Below, one piece after another: positions 27,990 through 40,136 of a stretch of DNA of 64,000 bases. The notes under the pieces were generated by a model. That model had not been told where the DNA came from. It worked only from the letters and a program-made list of their open reading frames with translations, and did no database searches. Both the position numbers and the translations under genes were made by a program. The DNA is taken from the NCBI RefSeq assembly GCF_006345805.1, contig NC_043003.1, positions 45,322,001 through 45,386,000 of the forward strand. Reading direction: 5' to 3'. This DNA comes from Octopus sinensis. Taxonomy: Eukaryota. Every line of letters begins with the position of its first letter. Positions within the stretch are counted from its first letter, which is position 1.

Positions 27990-28443
27990 ATACATATTAA
28001 TGTACACGTGCGCGCACCTATGTATGGTACTTAAGATGCATTTCTCGGTATTTGATGGTATCCTTTTACAATATTCAATATAACATATATTTTTTATAAT
28101 CGCATTTCATATTGAGATAGTGATATCAGATATCTATACCCAAACAATTAAAATGTATGAATTTGTTATAGTTAGAATGTGAGGAATAGAGTTCGAAAGA
28201 AGGAGAAACAAAACGAAAGTGATACAGCGAGGAAGAAAGTGCTTGTGTGTGTGTATGTGTATAAAAGGAAAAGAAAAGTGAGAGAGAGAGGGAGGCGAAA
28301 GAGTGATAGAGAGACGGAGTCAGACAGACAGAGCAACTCAATGAATGAGAGTAGAGATAAAGATAGAATGTGTTTGTGTTTGTATATGTCAGCGCGTTTC
28401 TCTGTGTGTGTGTGTATGTGTTTGGGTGTATGTGTGTGTGTGT

Positions 28444-28479
<36 letters not shown>

Positions 28480-28565
28480 TAAGAGAGTACGAGAGAGAAG
28501 TGGAAGATGAAGAGGCGAAAGCAGCAATGAGAAATGAGTGAGAATGAATATGCATGAGTATTTAT

Positions 28566-28618
<53 letters not shown>

Positions 28619-31389
28619 CTCTCTTTCCTTTCTCACTCTTTATATTTCTCTCTCTCTTTCTATTTCTTTCACTCACCATCTCTGTGAGTTCCTGTCTATG
28701 TTTAGGAAAGAGAGAAACAAACCGAGAGTAAGATACAGAGTAGAGTGGGAGAGAGGCAAAAACCAATGTGAAACACAGAAAATAGAGATCTATATATGTG
28801 AATGTTTGCGTGAATATTTATTAGTGTGTGCATAAATGTATCTACGTATGCGTGTGTGTATCTGTGTTCGTGTATAAATTTCTCATACTTCTTCCTCATT
28901 TGCAAATTTGTTTACGCTATTGACACCGTGTTTGAAACTCATAATCTGTTTTCATTTAAATGCATTATTGGACATGAATATTGTATCTGATATTTTTATA
29001 TCCATTACATTTTCAACAGAGATGTAATAGATATAACTCTGTATAGAAAATTGGGAGAAACGTTTAATTAATGTATTATGAAACCAGAACACTTGAGATC
29101 TTGCTTTATTTTATATAATTTTCTGCCTAGCCTAACAAATATGTAAGCTTCTAATCTAAGAACCAATATCGAGTAAAAAATTATTAGGGTACCCCCTGAG
29201 AGAATAAGCAACAGCAGTACTAAAGGAGCTAACATAATGTAGAGAAATACTTAAAATTACTCTTGTAGTGTGCACATAAAAATAAGCTTAACATTTCTGG
29301 CCAAGAAAAGCAAGAGAGACAATCGCGATATTTAAATATATTAAAATAAACTAAATGACGAAGGCAACAGTGAGTGAGTCTTCTTATTTTCAATATGGTC
29401 ACACGTCTTGGTTTTATTACACCTCCTCAGTGAGATATTGTGTTACTCTGAAATCAGTATCATACTCACGGGTTACAATATAGAAACTGTAAGGTTCCTT
29501 CTCCAGTCGCATTAAATATACACCAGACTTTCTCGCTTAGGGATGAGACACATAAAGATCACTTAGTGAGGCAACTTAGCTAGATCTTCTAGCAACAGAG
29601 ATGCTAGAATGTTTTCTAGTAAGTATGGTAGTAGCTTTGTTTTTAGCAAACATTTAAGACAGCAAGAAACCACTGATGTGTGACGTAGAATAGAAAATTT
29701 TGCTTAAAATCTAACGCTAACAGATTGAAGATTGTAAAAGAAAAAAGGGTGGGAAGGAGAGTGGGGAGAAGACAGAAAGAAATGTAGACAAACAGATACA
29801 TATAGAAAATTACAAATAGCGATATTTTCAAAGTGATTAAGAACGTAATTGTTTACTAAGGTTTCTGTCATTAAAGCTTCGATATTTGGTTTATGTTTAT
29901 GAAAAGCGAATATACGTGTATAAGATCGAGGTCGTAGGCTAGAGGTTTACATCTATGCAGTTTCTCTTGAAACAGAAGACCGTATTGCACTTTGTCCTGA
30001 CACTTTCTGTACACCTGAACAATGCGAGTTACATTTGTATTCAGAATGATGACTTGACTGAATTAATACTAATCTTGGCATCACCTCATTAAGTATGATT
30101 TACTTTCATGCAGCAGACGTTGCTGGGTAAATCCCACGGTTATTATTTTATAGAATGTTAGAGAACAGAGTTAAGAAACCTGTATGTCTAAGGAATTGAT
30201 CACACTTTCATTAGATGTGATTAGTGTGTGCATGTGTGAGTGCGGTTGTGTGTGTATGTGTGTGTGTGTGTATGCGTGCGGGTATGTATGTGTGTATGTA
30301 TGCGCGCGCGTGTGTTTCTACTACAGAAAGAAATATTGAAGAATTCGGTTGTGATAGAAGGTAGTTCTACAGCCAATACTTTTGAATCTTTCATTAAAAT
30401 GTCTCAACTAATTTTACTGAAAATCATTCCTTCCACTTCTCAACAACAAAATCATACACTGCCCTTCCTATTTTGCCACAAACTCCCAACTACGCATACC
30501 TAGAGGCCGTCTTCTAATTACACCGCCATTCATACACACACGCCAAATATTTGATCGCTTCCAACCAACTAGCTCTCCGATTCTGGCCGTGTCCCTTCCA
30601 TTACCCACAAATATTGAGCTCCAGAACCAGCCCCCTCCCCCTTTTTTTTTACCAAACTTTACACTTTTCCCTTCTATTTCGAATTTATCTGTTGTTTTTC
30701 CTGATAATCATCTCGCATAAGTTGTTGCGAAGTTAAACTTCAACGCAACGTAAATTAATTTCTTAAGATTTTAAGATTTCAGGGTGTTTGTTAGTTTAAT
30801 ATATGTTAGTCATGGAGGGCTATACCTTGTATAGCTCTTGTAACTTGCAACACAAATTACTGAAGGCGTCAACGTGGGTCAGAAAGAATTTGCATTTGTA
30901 GCAAATAATAATTAACGCGGAATTTTGCTGGAGCTAAATAAGTTATGCTGATTTCAACTAGCACCCTTCCATATGCCTCTTAATTTAATTAGGAGCTAAC
31001 AGGAATAAGTGAAATACAAGGGCCTAAATTAAATGGCAATTTTGAAAGTCAGTGCTTGCGTTTTATCGCAATTCCAAACTAAAGATGATTTACGACGATA
31101 TCATATAAACCATTTCAAATGTAAACATGCTCCTAGAATGTCTACTTATATTTAAAAGATACAATACAATCTTTTTTTTTTCTCTCTCTGAAGTGATTCT
31201 TTGTGTTTAAAACTAACCAAAAATACAACCTGTCCCATAAACAATATAATGTACTGATGTGTGCTGGTTGAACTAAGATTTCCTGCTCTTGGAGAATGAC
31301 ATTAGATCTCTGGCCTAGACTGCCCGGCTCCAAAGTTGTGAGACTTGTACAGTGTCCGGTGCCAGTACGCTTCGTAGGTTAGTGGCTAA

Positions 31390-31700
31390 CCATCATTAGA
31401 ATTTCGTATCTAACCATCAACTTTAATCAAAAAGTGAGATGCGTCCTGTTACTTGTATGATTCGGAAGTATCAATTGAGTCGGTTTAACCAGGATGTTTG
31501 ATGCTTGATGTTAGATCCTGCATACCGTATTCTCTTCACTGAGAATCAGGCCGGGTTGATGGCTCGTGTTGATCAACCACACGCCACATGGTCACGGTAG
31601 ATGAGGAGATATCTTGTGGAACTGAGTAACGACTGGGATTCTGCTTGATGGGTTGTCTGGGAGGACCTAAGAATATACCGACAAATGGTCAATGCAGCAA
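31390..31700 (+). mobile_element. RTE-like LINE 3' coding remnant
   Basis: NFVSNHQL*..IRKYQLSRFNQDV*..DPAYRILF..RVDQPHATWSR*M resembles the RTE C-terminal pattern (RQLRxFGHV..DPAHRIL..GRPRxTW). Stops present. Confidence 0.55.
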
Positions 31701-31807
31701 CACACTGCAAAAGCGCATGTTTCCACATCTGACTTGATTCGTGCAAAAGTTTATGTATGTGTGTGAGTGTGAATGTATGCATGCGTAGGTGTGTACAAAA
31801 ATACTTA

Positions 31808-31853
<46 letters not shown>

Positions 31854-31862
31854 ATAGATAGA

Positions 31863-31898
<36 letters not shown>

Positions 31899-32100
31899 TG
31901 TACACACACGCGCAAACAAATATATACTGTTATCTAAAAGCCTATGTTTCCGAGAGCATGCATTCTTACTCAGATCGTTTGGGCAAAATTTCACGATTTT
32001 ATGTCACCTTTTTTCAGAAACAGCTTCATGTATTGGTCAACAGTAAACCACGTTGTACAACATACCGATTGAAGTTGTAGTTGGGAAAATGGTAGTTGAC

Positions 32101-32554
32101 ATGGAGTGCTGGAAACCAACTGAATATCGGAAAAGAGTTACTTGTATCAAGATGATTTGTACCAGCTATCAAAATGCCGACATGCTGCTTGCTGCACGAA
32201 GCTCTGGGAACACTGTAAATGTTGTAAGGCATGAGATGGACAGCTGCAATAGTGATATACGAAGCTGTGATCGCTTTTCAACAAGCCATGTAATGTACCA
32301 CGTAACATCAAAACTAAGTTACCTCAAACAATCATGATCAGAGCATTAGATTCAAATTCAGGCAACTAGGTATGGTTGAGGAAGACACCAGCCGCTCTTC
32401 CCTCAACATGAAGGTTATGCTGGGGTGGGGCTGTGGATAATATCAAGGAGCTGTTGGAAGATGGTCCTAGATAAACAGTGAACGCATGCGTCAGATTCCG
32501 CAGCTGTCTTGAGTCTGTGGTGAAAGCTGACGGCGGCTATACTGAAAATATTAG
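32101..32554 (+). mobile_element. Internally deleted maT/mori-like (DD37D-type) Tc1/mariner transposase remnant
   Basis: N-terminal WKPTEYRKRVTCI, middle VPRNIKTKLPQTIMI, C-terminal NACVRFRSCLESVVKADGGYTE. TIRs not identified. Confidence 0.5.
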
Positions 32555-32684
32555 TATCCCACCTTCATAATCTAGTTGACATTTTTAGGTATTTTATAAT
32601 AATTTTATTTTTGGATGGGATGTTCAACTATAGAATTATTAATATTTCTAAGTCTCTCTAAAGGAGATTACGGCAGCGGTACTG

Positions 32685-33192
32685 GATATTAATTGTTATC
32701 GCCAAGCTAAAAAGGCAGTCCAGAAAAATAGGACGAATGCTGCCGTTGATTAGCTCTAAGAGGCCATTACCTCTAGATATGTGACACAGGAACATGTGTT
32801 CATTATAACCTTCGAACAGGGGAGATCAGCCGCTTCCCCTTGCTGGTCTAGCATCTACAGACTAGTTTCAGAGTATTTGCACCTTAGAAATATTAACATT
32901 TCTATTTTTGAGAACTAGTAGATGTATTCCATTGAATTTTATATAAATAATCCTTCGAACAGACAGTCAGTAGCAATACCTGCTGAGTTCGGCTGCTCTA
33001 CATTGATAAGGGTAAATACCCTGAAACTAGTCTGTAGATGCCAGACCAGCAAAGGGAAGCGGCTGACCTCCCCTGTTCGAAAGTTATAATGGACACAGGT
33101 TCGTGTGTCACATAGCTAGCTAGAGGCGATGGCGGCAGCATTCGTCCTATTGTTCTGGACTGCCATGTAAGCTTGGTGATAACTATTAATAT
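32685..33192. repeat. Inverted pair of an unclassified dispersed repeat (family D); arms ~32685-32886 / ~33007-33192
   Basis: Arm 2 reverse complement aligns with arm 1 (GGCAGTCCAGAA..GAATGCTGCCG..TATGTGACAC..TTCGAACAGGGGAG..ACAGACTAGTTTCAG). Confidence 0.85.
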
Positions 33193-34393
33193 ATTCACCT
33201 ATCTTTTCTGTTATACAGATTATTTAAACCAGCGCGAACACTCTGTGTTGGTTAATGGAGTGAGTGTCACATTATTTACAGAATACAAAATTACCTACTT
33301 ATAATAGCCAAATTAACTATTAGTTTCATACCAGAAGTAGAGAAGCAACCCTGCCAATCATCAGAAATTGTTGAAAAATTACTGGAAAAAAGTGTCAAAA
33401 AGGTAAAGCTATTCCTTTCCGCTATTTCTGGTGATTGTCGGACTAGGTTCTCTACTTCTGGTTTATACTTGGCAGTTATGCGATCATAAATTTGAATTGT
33501 ATTAATAATATTAAATGTGTTTATATGTGTGAGTGTGTGTGTGTGCATGCGTGCATGTATGAGTGTGTGTGTGTGTGTGGTGTGTGTGTGTGTGTGTGTG
33601 CGTGTGTGTTAGCAAGTAGATGGGTACATAGATATACAGATAAATAGAAAAGCCGAATGAGATACGATTACAGAAGAAGAGCATAAGTTCATGGGAAGAA
33701 AGATAAATTAATAACACATGAAATACGACAAGCAAAACACGTGTTGATACGAGGCAAAAAACAAAACAAAGACAAAATCAAATGTGTATGCAATGAAATT
33801 AATCCGTCAAACGAAAGGAAGAAAAGAGGTTCTAATATTACTTTATCAAAGGAAAGTAAATGCAAAAGTAATTAGAGAGATAGAAGAAAAACATTGGAAT
33901 TAATCGATATCGAGTTTACGACGCTTGCATCATGTGTTGGGGGAAGGGGCGTGTGTGAATGTATGTATGCATATAGCTAGCTAGATTCATAGATAGATAG
34001 ATAGATTAATAGATATATAGATATATAGATACATAGATAGATAGATACATACATACATACATACATACATACATACATACATACTACATACATACATACA
34101 TACATACATACATACATACATACATACATACATAGGCAGACAGACAGACACGCACGCACACACTCACACCTAGTGTTTGGTGTTAACGTGTTGCCATTAA
34201 GATGGATATTTCTTGCTACAGAAGATTACCGAGACCGAAATATGTTCCTTGCTTTCACCTTTTAGCCTTAAAGAGCAGATCTATTCCCATCTACACTCTT
34301 TTCTCAGTTGTCAGAATTTAAACTCCTTCAATTATTCGAGTCTTCTTCCAATTATCTCCTTTGCTATTTCTCGCTTCCTCTCTGTCTTTTCCG

Positions 34394-34431
<38 letters not shown>

Positions 34432-34589
34432 TTCTCTCTCTCGCGCGCGCGTGGGGCAGTATCAAGTTAATTTCAAATGTATCTTAACGAGCAAGTCCAA
34501 CACTTATCTATTAATTACCAATGTATTAGTTCTACGAGGCTCAGTACTTAGACCAGATATGTTCTTACGCTTCAAACTAGCCTAATTAA

Positions 34590-34800
34590 TGCGTAGGAAA
34601 ATGAACTATGCATTTACACCGATGATTCCTCAATATTTGCATCAGCAAGATAAAAAGCAAAACAGCGATGCAATAACCGATACCTTGACCAGAGACAATG
34701 ACAACATAAAATATTTCGGCAGACGTTTGTAAAAGTAAAACTTGTTCCATGAAGATGCAAATCAATGATTCTTTGAAACAGTAGAAATGTATAAAATAGT
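34590..34800 (+). mobile_element. Degenerate CR1/L2-type RT fragment
   Basis: NELCIYTDDSSIF (YADD-like; DD at 34621-34626) and downstream VKLVP*RCKSMIL (LxLNPxKCKxM-like). Confidence 0.4.
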
Positions 34801-36132
34801 ACATCGTGATTTTTAATAAATGTAGGGCACCTATGACAAACGATGGAGATTCTTGTAGTAATAACCGAGAGCTTGCTGGGATGGGCAGAACATACTTTGT
34901 CAGTATGCAAGAGTGCCATACAGAGGTTTGTAGGCACGCTGTACAAGAAAAGATAACTCAAAATTTACAAGGTTTGAGTCCGTTTGGTTAACGCTTGTTA
35001 ACGCTACATGAATACCTCACACCTCACACTCAAGTAAGTCACTGTTCACCAAAGTACTTGAAATTACTCGAGTTTATGGAGCTCAAACTGTGAATTAAAG
35101 CCACAAGGGCAACAGTTCTCTAAAAATTCGCCCAGCGAAATCAATACAATATTACGACTGAAATACGAAAATCTTAGTCTACAAGGGTCAGTGTATGCCT
35201 GATAACGTGGTCTCTTAATATGCAATTTCTAGAAAAACCTTCTGGAAAGAAACCTTCTGTATTTCGATTATCAACATTTAAAACAAACAATGTAGTGAAT
35301 ATCATTATGAGTTGGGATCAGGCAAACGGAGATCTGAGCATGGGTACGAAAACGGTTGTAAATTTAGCATTAATCGTCCCAGGGTCCTAGAATTTGACCT
35401 TTCAGTGTTGGATACTGATTGAAAATATCAAATGACCTTGAAGTTCCTTAGAGGATGGGTGAAGAGACTCTTTCAGGCTGCTTATTTAATAAGGTATCGT
35501 TAGAGAAGAGGATGCCGTAAGCTTTTTCCAGGTACAGATTTCTAAACAAGTTGGTAATTTATTTGTTCCTATTGATATCGTATTTTCCTACATCTTTCAA
35601 TATGCGGTAATTAGGAATTTAAAAAGGAAACAGTGATACATGATGTGCTAGTGTTATCTGAGTGGACGTACAACCTCGGAGATTCCTTTACTCGCGTGAT
35701 TCTTCTGTCGAGATAAGCTTCAATGTAGTTTCTTCAGTTTCTAAATTTCAAAGAAACAATTCCTTTCAAAACATCTTGGTTAACCTTCAAAACAGACCCA
35801 AAATCGATTTATTTTTGCTGGCGTGACATGCCGATTTGGACTCCAGAAATTGTTCTTTATTACGCTTTAATATTTCATTGATTTTTCAAAGCCTTTCTTT
35901 GACAGCGTGATATTTTATAGAAGAATGGATTGCTTTTTCCCGGTAATAATGGAGCTGTTTTTAAAGGTACTCACAGTAATATACGGAGGTTGTTCAGTAT
36001 ATTAAACTGAATTTCATACATGTAATGCTAGTTAATCTAACGGCCACGTATCGTTCAATAGTTTATAATACGCTCTGATAGCTCCAAACTAATATATGTA
36101 TGTGTATGTGCGTGTGCGTTTGTGAGAGAGAG

Positions 36133-36196
<64 letters not shown>

Positions 36197-36855
36197 TAGA
36201 AATATATACTCATATGTACACATATATACATATATATTTATACATATATATATATACATACATATATATACATATATGCATACATATATATACATATATA
36301 CATACACATATATACATATATATATATATGCTTACGCATACATACATATTAAACGAATACTGAAAACAGAGAAGAACCGTTGAACAGGATATACAGAAAA
36401 ATCAAAACCACGCAAATAAATAATGTTGGTGTGTTGCTATTCGTCTCAAAAAGGTCAATTTCATGCTTCATTAGGCGAGTTTGTTGGTATGTGAAACGGC
36501 TGTAGGCAAAGACCATACGTAAATCACTGAACGAATCAATATTAGACACTGGCCTAATGATACAGGCAGCCATATGTGCCTGTATACATACATTCTCTCA
36601 GATGTTTTTCTTTATCATTTAGCTACCTCATAATTGTACCCATTGTTTGGTTCTTTTCTATATATTTTAGAGAAATAATTATCTCTCTAGTTCGTTATTG
36701 ATATTGATTTTCTTGCGTCCATACTAATATAGATTTTTTTCTTCTAATCTATTTATGTATATTTATAGACGTATTTATCACGAATACATTCACACGAGGT
36801 GTACGTGAACTGTGCAGACACAGACAAGAACACACAGACTCGTACACACATATTT

Positions 36856-37035
36856 TTTACTTGTTTCAATCATTAGACTGCAGCCATGCTGGAGTACAGC
36901 CTAGGGGAATCTTTTAGTCGAATAAATTGACACCAGTACTTATTCTATCGATCTCTTTCCCCGAACTGCTAGGTAACAGGGATCTAAAAACACCAACACC
37001 AGTTTTCAAGCGGTGGTGGTTGGGGAGACAGAGAC
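36856..37035 (-). mobile_element. SINE family B, 3' half (element split by a Tc1 insertion)
   Basis: TTTACTTGTTTCAATCATT..GCAGCCATGCTGGAG is the reverse complement of the family B tail. Confidence 0.8.
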
Positions 37036-37100
37036 ACTAACACACACACACACACACACACACACTTACACACACAGACACACACACATACAAATATATT

Positions 37101-38301
37101 CAGAGATGACAGAAGAAAATAAACAACCGTTAAACTTTATTTGGATCTGAAATTATACATTAAAATTATTTATTATTATCATGTAAATATCTAATAGTTA
37201 GTAGACATACCCATTGTATTTTTCAATGCAAGGACCCTATTAGACATGCTACTGGTCAGATGACGAATATTCTTTAGAAGAATATCTTGCCAAATTTTAT
37301 GCAGTAATCTCAACAGATCTGGCTTTGGAGATGCTTTCTTGTTCTTTTTAAGAGATGTCTTGTTTATTATGACCCAGAGATGTTCAATAGGTTTCACGTC
37401 TAGTTACTGGCTTGGTCAGGGAAGCTTTTTACAACCATTCTCTTCCAACCAATCTTGGGCCATTTTTCGCATGTGGCAAGGAGCCCTACCTTCCATAAAT
37501 AAAGTCTTCTCTAATCATTTCACCACTGGTGTAGATTGGAAGGAGTCCATCTGCAATAAGGACACATTTATCTGAGTTTGGTTCCTTTACACTCCATCAG
37601 CTCTAATCCACCATTGCTCTAAATTGCTCCCCGAACCTTCACAGAATAGCTTCCGTGTTTCATTGTTGGCTGCAATGTTTTACGTCAAATTCTTGATCAC
37701 AGAGTCCCCAGACCTACACTCAGCTACTGTCAGAAAATACAGCAAATCTGGACTCATCAGAGAATAAGACAAGTGTCCAAAAATGCTGGTGGCCTCGACT
37801 CCATCTCAGTGGGCCAATCATTTCTCCATTTGATATTGGCTGGTGGAAGAAGCCTTTTTTGTTTCTCCAGCATAGTAGCCAAGTTTGTGGAGACACCTAG
37901 CAACTAGTTCTGCTGTGTAAAAGGCCTTGCAACTAGGATTATCCTCCACACTTCTCTTAACAAAGCGAAGCGTCCGGTCAGAATACCGTGGTCAACCTAG
38001 GGGAGGTATTGTGGATTCATTCCCCTCTCAAGTGAATTGTACAATCACTGATTTAACTGTAGAAAGTAGGATCCCAAGGTCTTCTGCAATTTTACGCTAA
38101 GTCCAACTAGAGATTGACCCACAGTACAACTTTTCAAATTCGGACAGTTCCAGGGCATTTTTTGCAAGTGGCATGATTAAAGAGTCGCATTTAGAACCTG
38201 AAGCATAAAAATGACAATTAATAAAATATATTAACCTTTTCAAGTTAAAATAAACATAAAATGATGTTTTGTGGGGTGTCTATTTACTTCTGTTATGTCT
38301 A
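37101..38301 (-). mobile_element. Tc1-like element (DD34E family), decayed transposase
   Basis: Degenerate TIRs CAGAGATGACAGAAGAAAATAAACAACC / GGGTGTCTATTTACTTCTGTTATGTCTA. ATG at 38174 (MPLAKNALELSEFEK), motifs LHKLGYY, LFSDESRF and KPIEHLW. Many stops. Confidence 0.85.
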
Positions 38302-38317
38302 TCTATATATCTGTATA

Positions 38318-38461
38318 TACGACAGGCTTCTTTAAGTTTCCGTTTATCATATCCACTCACATGGCTTTGGTCGGCCTTGGGCTATAGAATAAGAAACTTT
38401 TCCAAAGTTTCGTGAAGTGAGACTGAACCCGGAACCAAGCTTCTTACCACCCAGCCACGCC
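38318..38461 (-). mobile_element. SINE family B, 5' half
   Basis: TACGACAGGCTTCTTT..CCACTCACATGGCTTTGGTCGGCC..GACTGAACCCGGAACC is the reverse complement of the family B head and core. Confidence 0.8.
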
Positions 38462-38566
38462 AGACATGTTTTGCATTAAACATTAATATATATATCTGTA
38501 TGTAATATATGTGAGCTTGTGTGCGGGTGATACACTCACAAGAACGCGCACGTACTCCCGCAACTG

Positions 38567-38859
38567 CACGGGCATGTGGCGTAATGGTTAAGAGCGTGAG
38601 CTACTAACCCCAAGATTCCGAGTTCGATCACGGGCAGTGACCTGAATAATAATAATAATAATAACAACAACAACACAACAACATCAACATACCTTAGGAA
38701 TGAGAACCCATGTTCGAAATTTCCCCAGGACACCTGATGAAGGTTGGGGGGGTATATCAGCCGAAACGTTGTGTTAACAACAAGATGAGGACAAATATCC
38801 GTCAATTGTAAATAATGTAAATTAATATACAAATTCCTCATCTCTTAAATACAGAACTG
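38567..38859 (+). mobile_element. tRNA-derived SINE, family C (hammerhead-bearing), full length
   Basis: A box TGGCGTAATGG (38577), B-box-like GAGTTCGATC (~38620), internal (AAT)n/(CAA)n. Body colinear with the 26-kb copies. Confidence 0.85.
38729..38775 (+). ncRNA. Minimal type I hammerhead-like motif (Penelope-type)
   Basis: GACAC-CTGATGA-A-GGTTG(..)CAGCC-GAAAC-GTT-GTGTT. The C>T change in stem II relative to the 26472 copy keeps pairing as U-G. Confidence 0.7.
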
Positions 38860-38877
38860 AACTGACACACATATATG

Positions 38878-38921
<44 letters not shown>

Positions 38922-39060
38922 GAGGGCATAATTATACATACATGCCAGAGGGCATTATATCACCTGCCAAACGCTAAGAGGGACAATCAGTCATTTCTAC
39001 CAAAAATATTACTAATCCCACCGAATGCAATTTTTCAAAGTAAGACATTTAAAAATATAT

Positions 39061-39108
39061 AGGCCTGTATCACAGTGATTTCATACTTACGTAATCATCA
39101 GCAGGCCT
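39061..39108 (-). ncRNA. Type I hammerhead ribozyme motif, unit 1
   Basis: Minus strand AGGCCTG-CTGATGA-TTAC(GTAA)GTAT-GAA-ATCA(CTG)TGAT-A-CAGGCCT. 7-bp stem I, exact core, NUH site AUA; predicted cut between 39068 and 39067. Confidence 0.82.
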
Positions 39109-39540
39109 GAATGTATTATAAATAAACAACGACCTTGCCTCGCTTAAGCCGAACAGCTAACTGATAAACATCAACGAAGCACATGGGTGAGTTTATATAA
39201 TATTACATCCGGGTGAATGGCAAACTTTTACAAAATTGCATTTTGGGAGAGAAAAGTTTTTTCGGAATAAAAATTTTGCAATTAAGGACAACTACTTAAT
39301 AAGAAAACTTAACAAGAAATTGTCAGGTAGATAGCGTAAAAACCTCATAAGAGAAAAATTTCGAAAATAATTATTTATTATTGAACATATTAATTTATAT
39401 ATAGAGGGCATAATTAACATACATGCCAGGAGGCATTATATATACCTGCCAAACTCTAAGAGGGACAATCAGTCATTTCTACCAAAAAATTACTAATCCC
39501 ACCGAATGCATTTTTCAAAGTAAGACATTTAAAAATATAT

Positions 39541-39588
39541 AGGCCTGTATCACAGTGATTTCATACTTACGTAATCATCAGCAGGCCT
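39541..39588 (-). ncRNA. Type I hammerhead ribozyme motif, unit 2
   Basis: Identical 48 nt to unit 1; predicted cut 39548/39547. Confidence 0.82.
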
Positions 39589-40023
39589 GAATGTATTATA
39601 AATAACAACGACCTTGCCTCGCTTAAGCCGAACAGCTAACTGATCAACATCAACGAAGCACATGGGTATTTATATTATTACATCCGGTGTGAATGGCAAA
39701 CTTTTAACAAAATTGCATTTCGGGAGAGGGAAAGTTTTTTCGGAATAAAAATTTTGCAATTAAGGACAACTACTTAATAAGGCAAACTTACACAAGAAAT
39801 TGTCAGGTAGATAGCGTAAAAACCTCATAAGAGAAAATTTCGAAAATAATTATTTCTTATTGAACATATTAATTTATATATAGAGGCATAATTATACATA
39901 CATGCCAGGAGGCATTATATATACCTGCCAACGCTAAGAGGGACAATCAGTCATTTCTACTACCAAAAATATTACTAATCCCACCGAATGCAATTTTTCA
40001 AAGTAAGACATTTAAAAATATAT

Positions 40024-40071
40024 AGGCCTGTATCACAGTGATTTCATACTTACGTAATCATCAGCAGGCCT
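40024..40071 (-). ncRNA. Type I hammerhead ribozyme motif, unit 3
   Basis: Identical 48 nt; predicted cut 40031/40030. Confidence 0.82.
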
Positions 40072-40136
40072 GAATGTATTATAAATAAACAACGACCTTG
40101 CCTCGCTTAAGCCGAACAGCTAACTGATCAACATCA

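Noticed and set aside
29399-29434. Minus-strand TCA-CTGAGGA-GGT(..)ACC-AAGAC-GTG-TGA hammerhead-like string
   Set aside because: GAAA is replaced by AAGA and the triplet would be GUG. At most a dead relic, and possibly chance.
35982-36095. TACGGAGGTTGTTCA resembling a mariner left TIR (also TACACGGGACGTTC at ~60722)
   Set aside because: No matching right TIR or transposase sequence found nearby.
37700-37740. CTGATGAGTCC on the minus strand, like a hammerhead core start
   Set aside because: These are the FSDES codons of the Tc1 transposase, with no closing GGAC-GAAA.
39075-39095. ATACTTAC resembling the U1 snRNA 5' end
   Set aside because: It continues GTAATC, not CTGG. It is the complement of hammerhead stem II.
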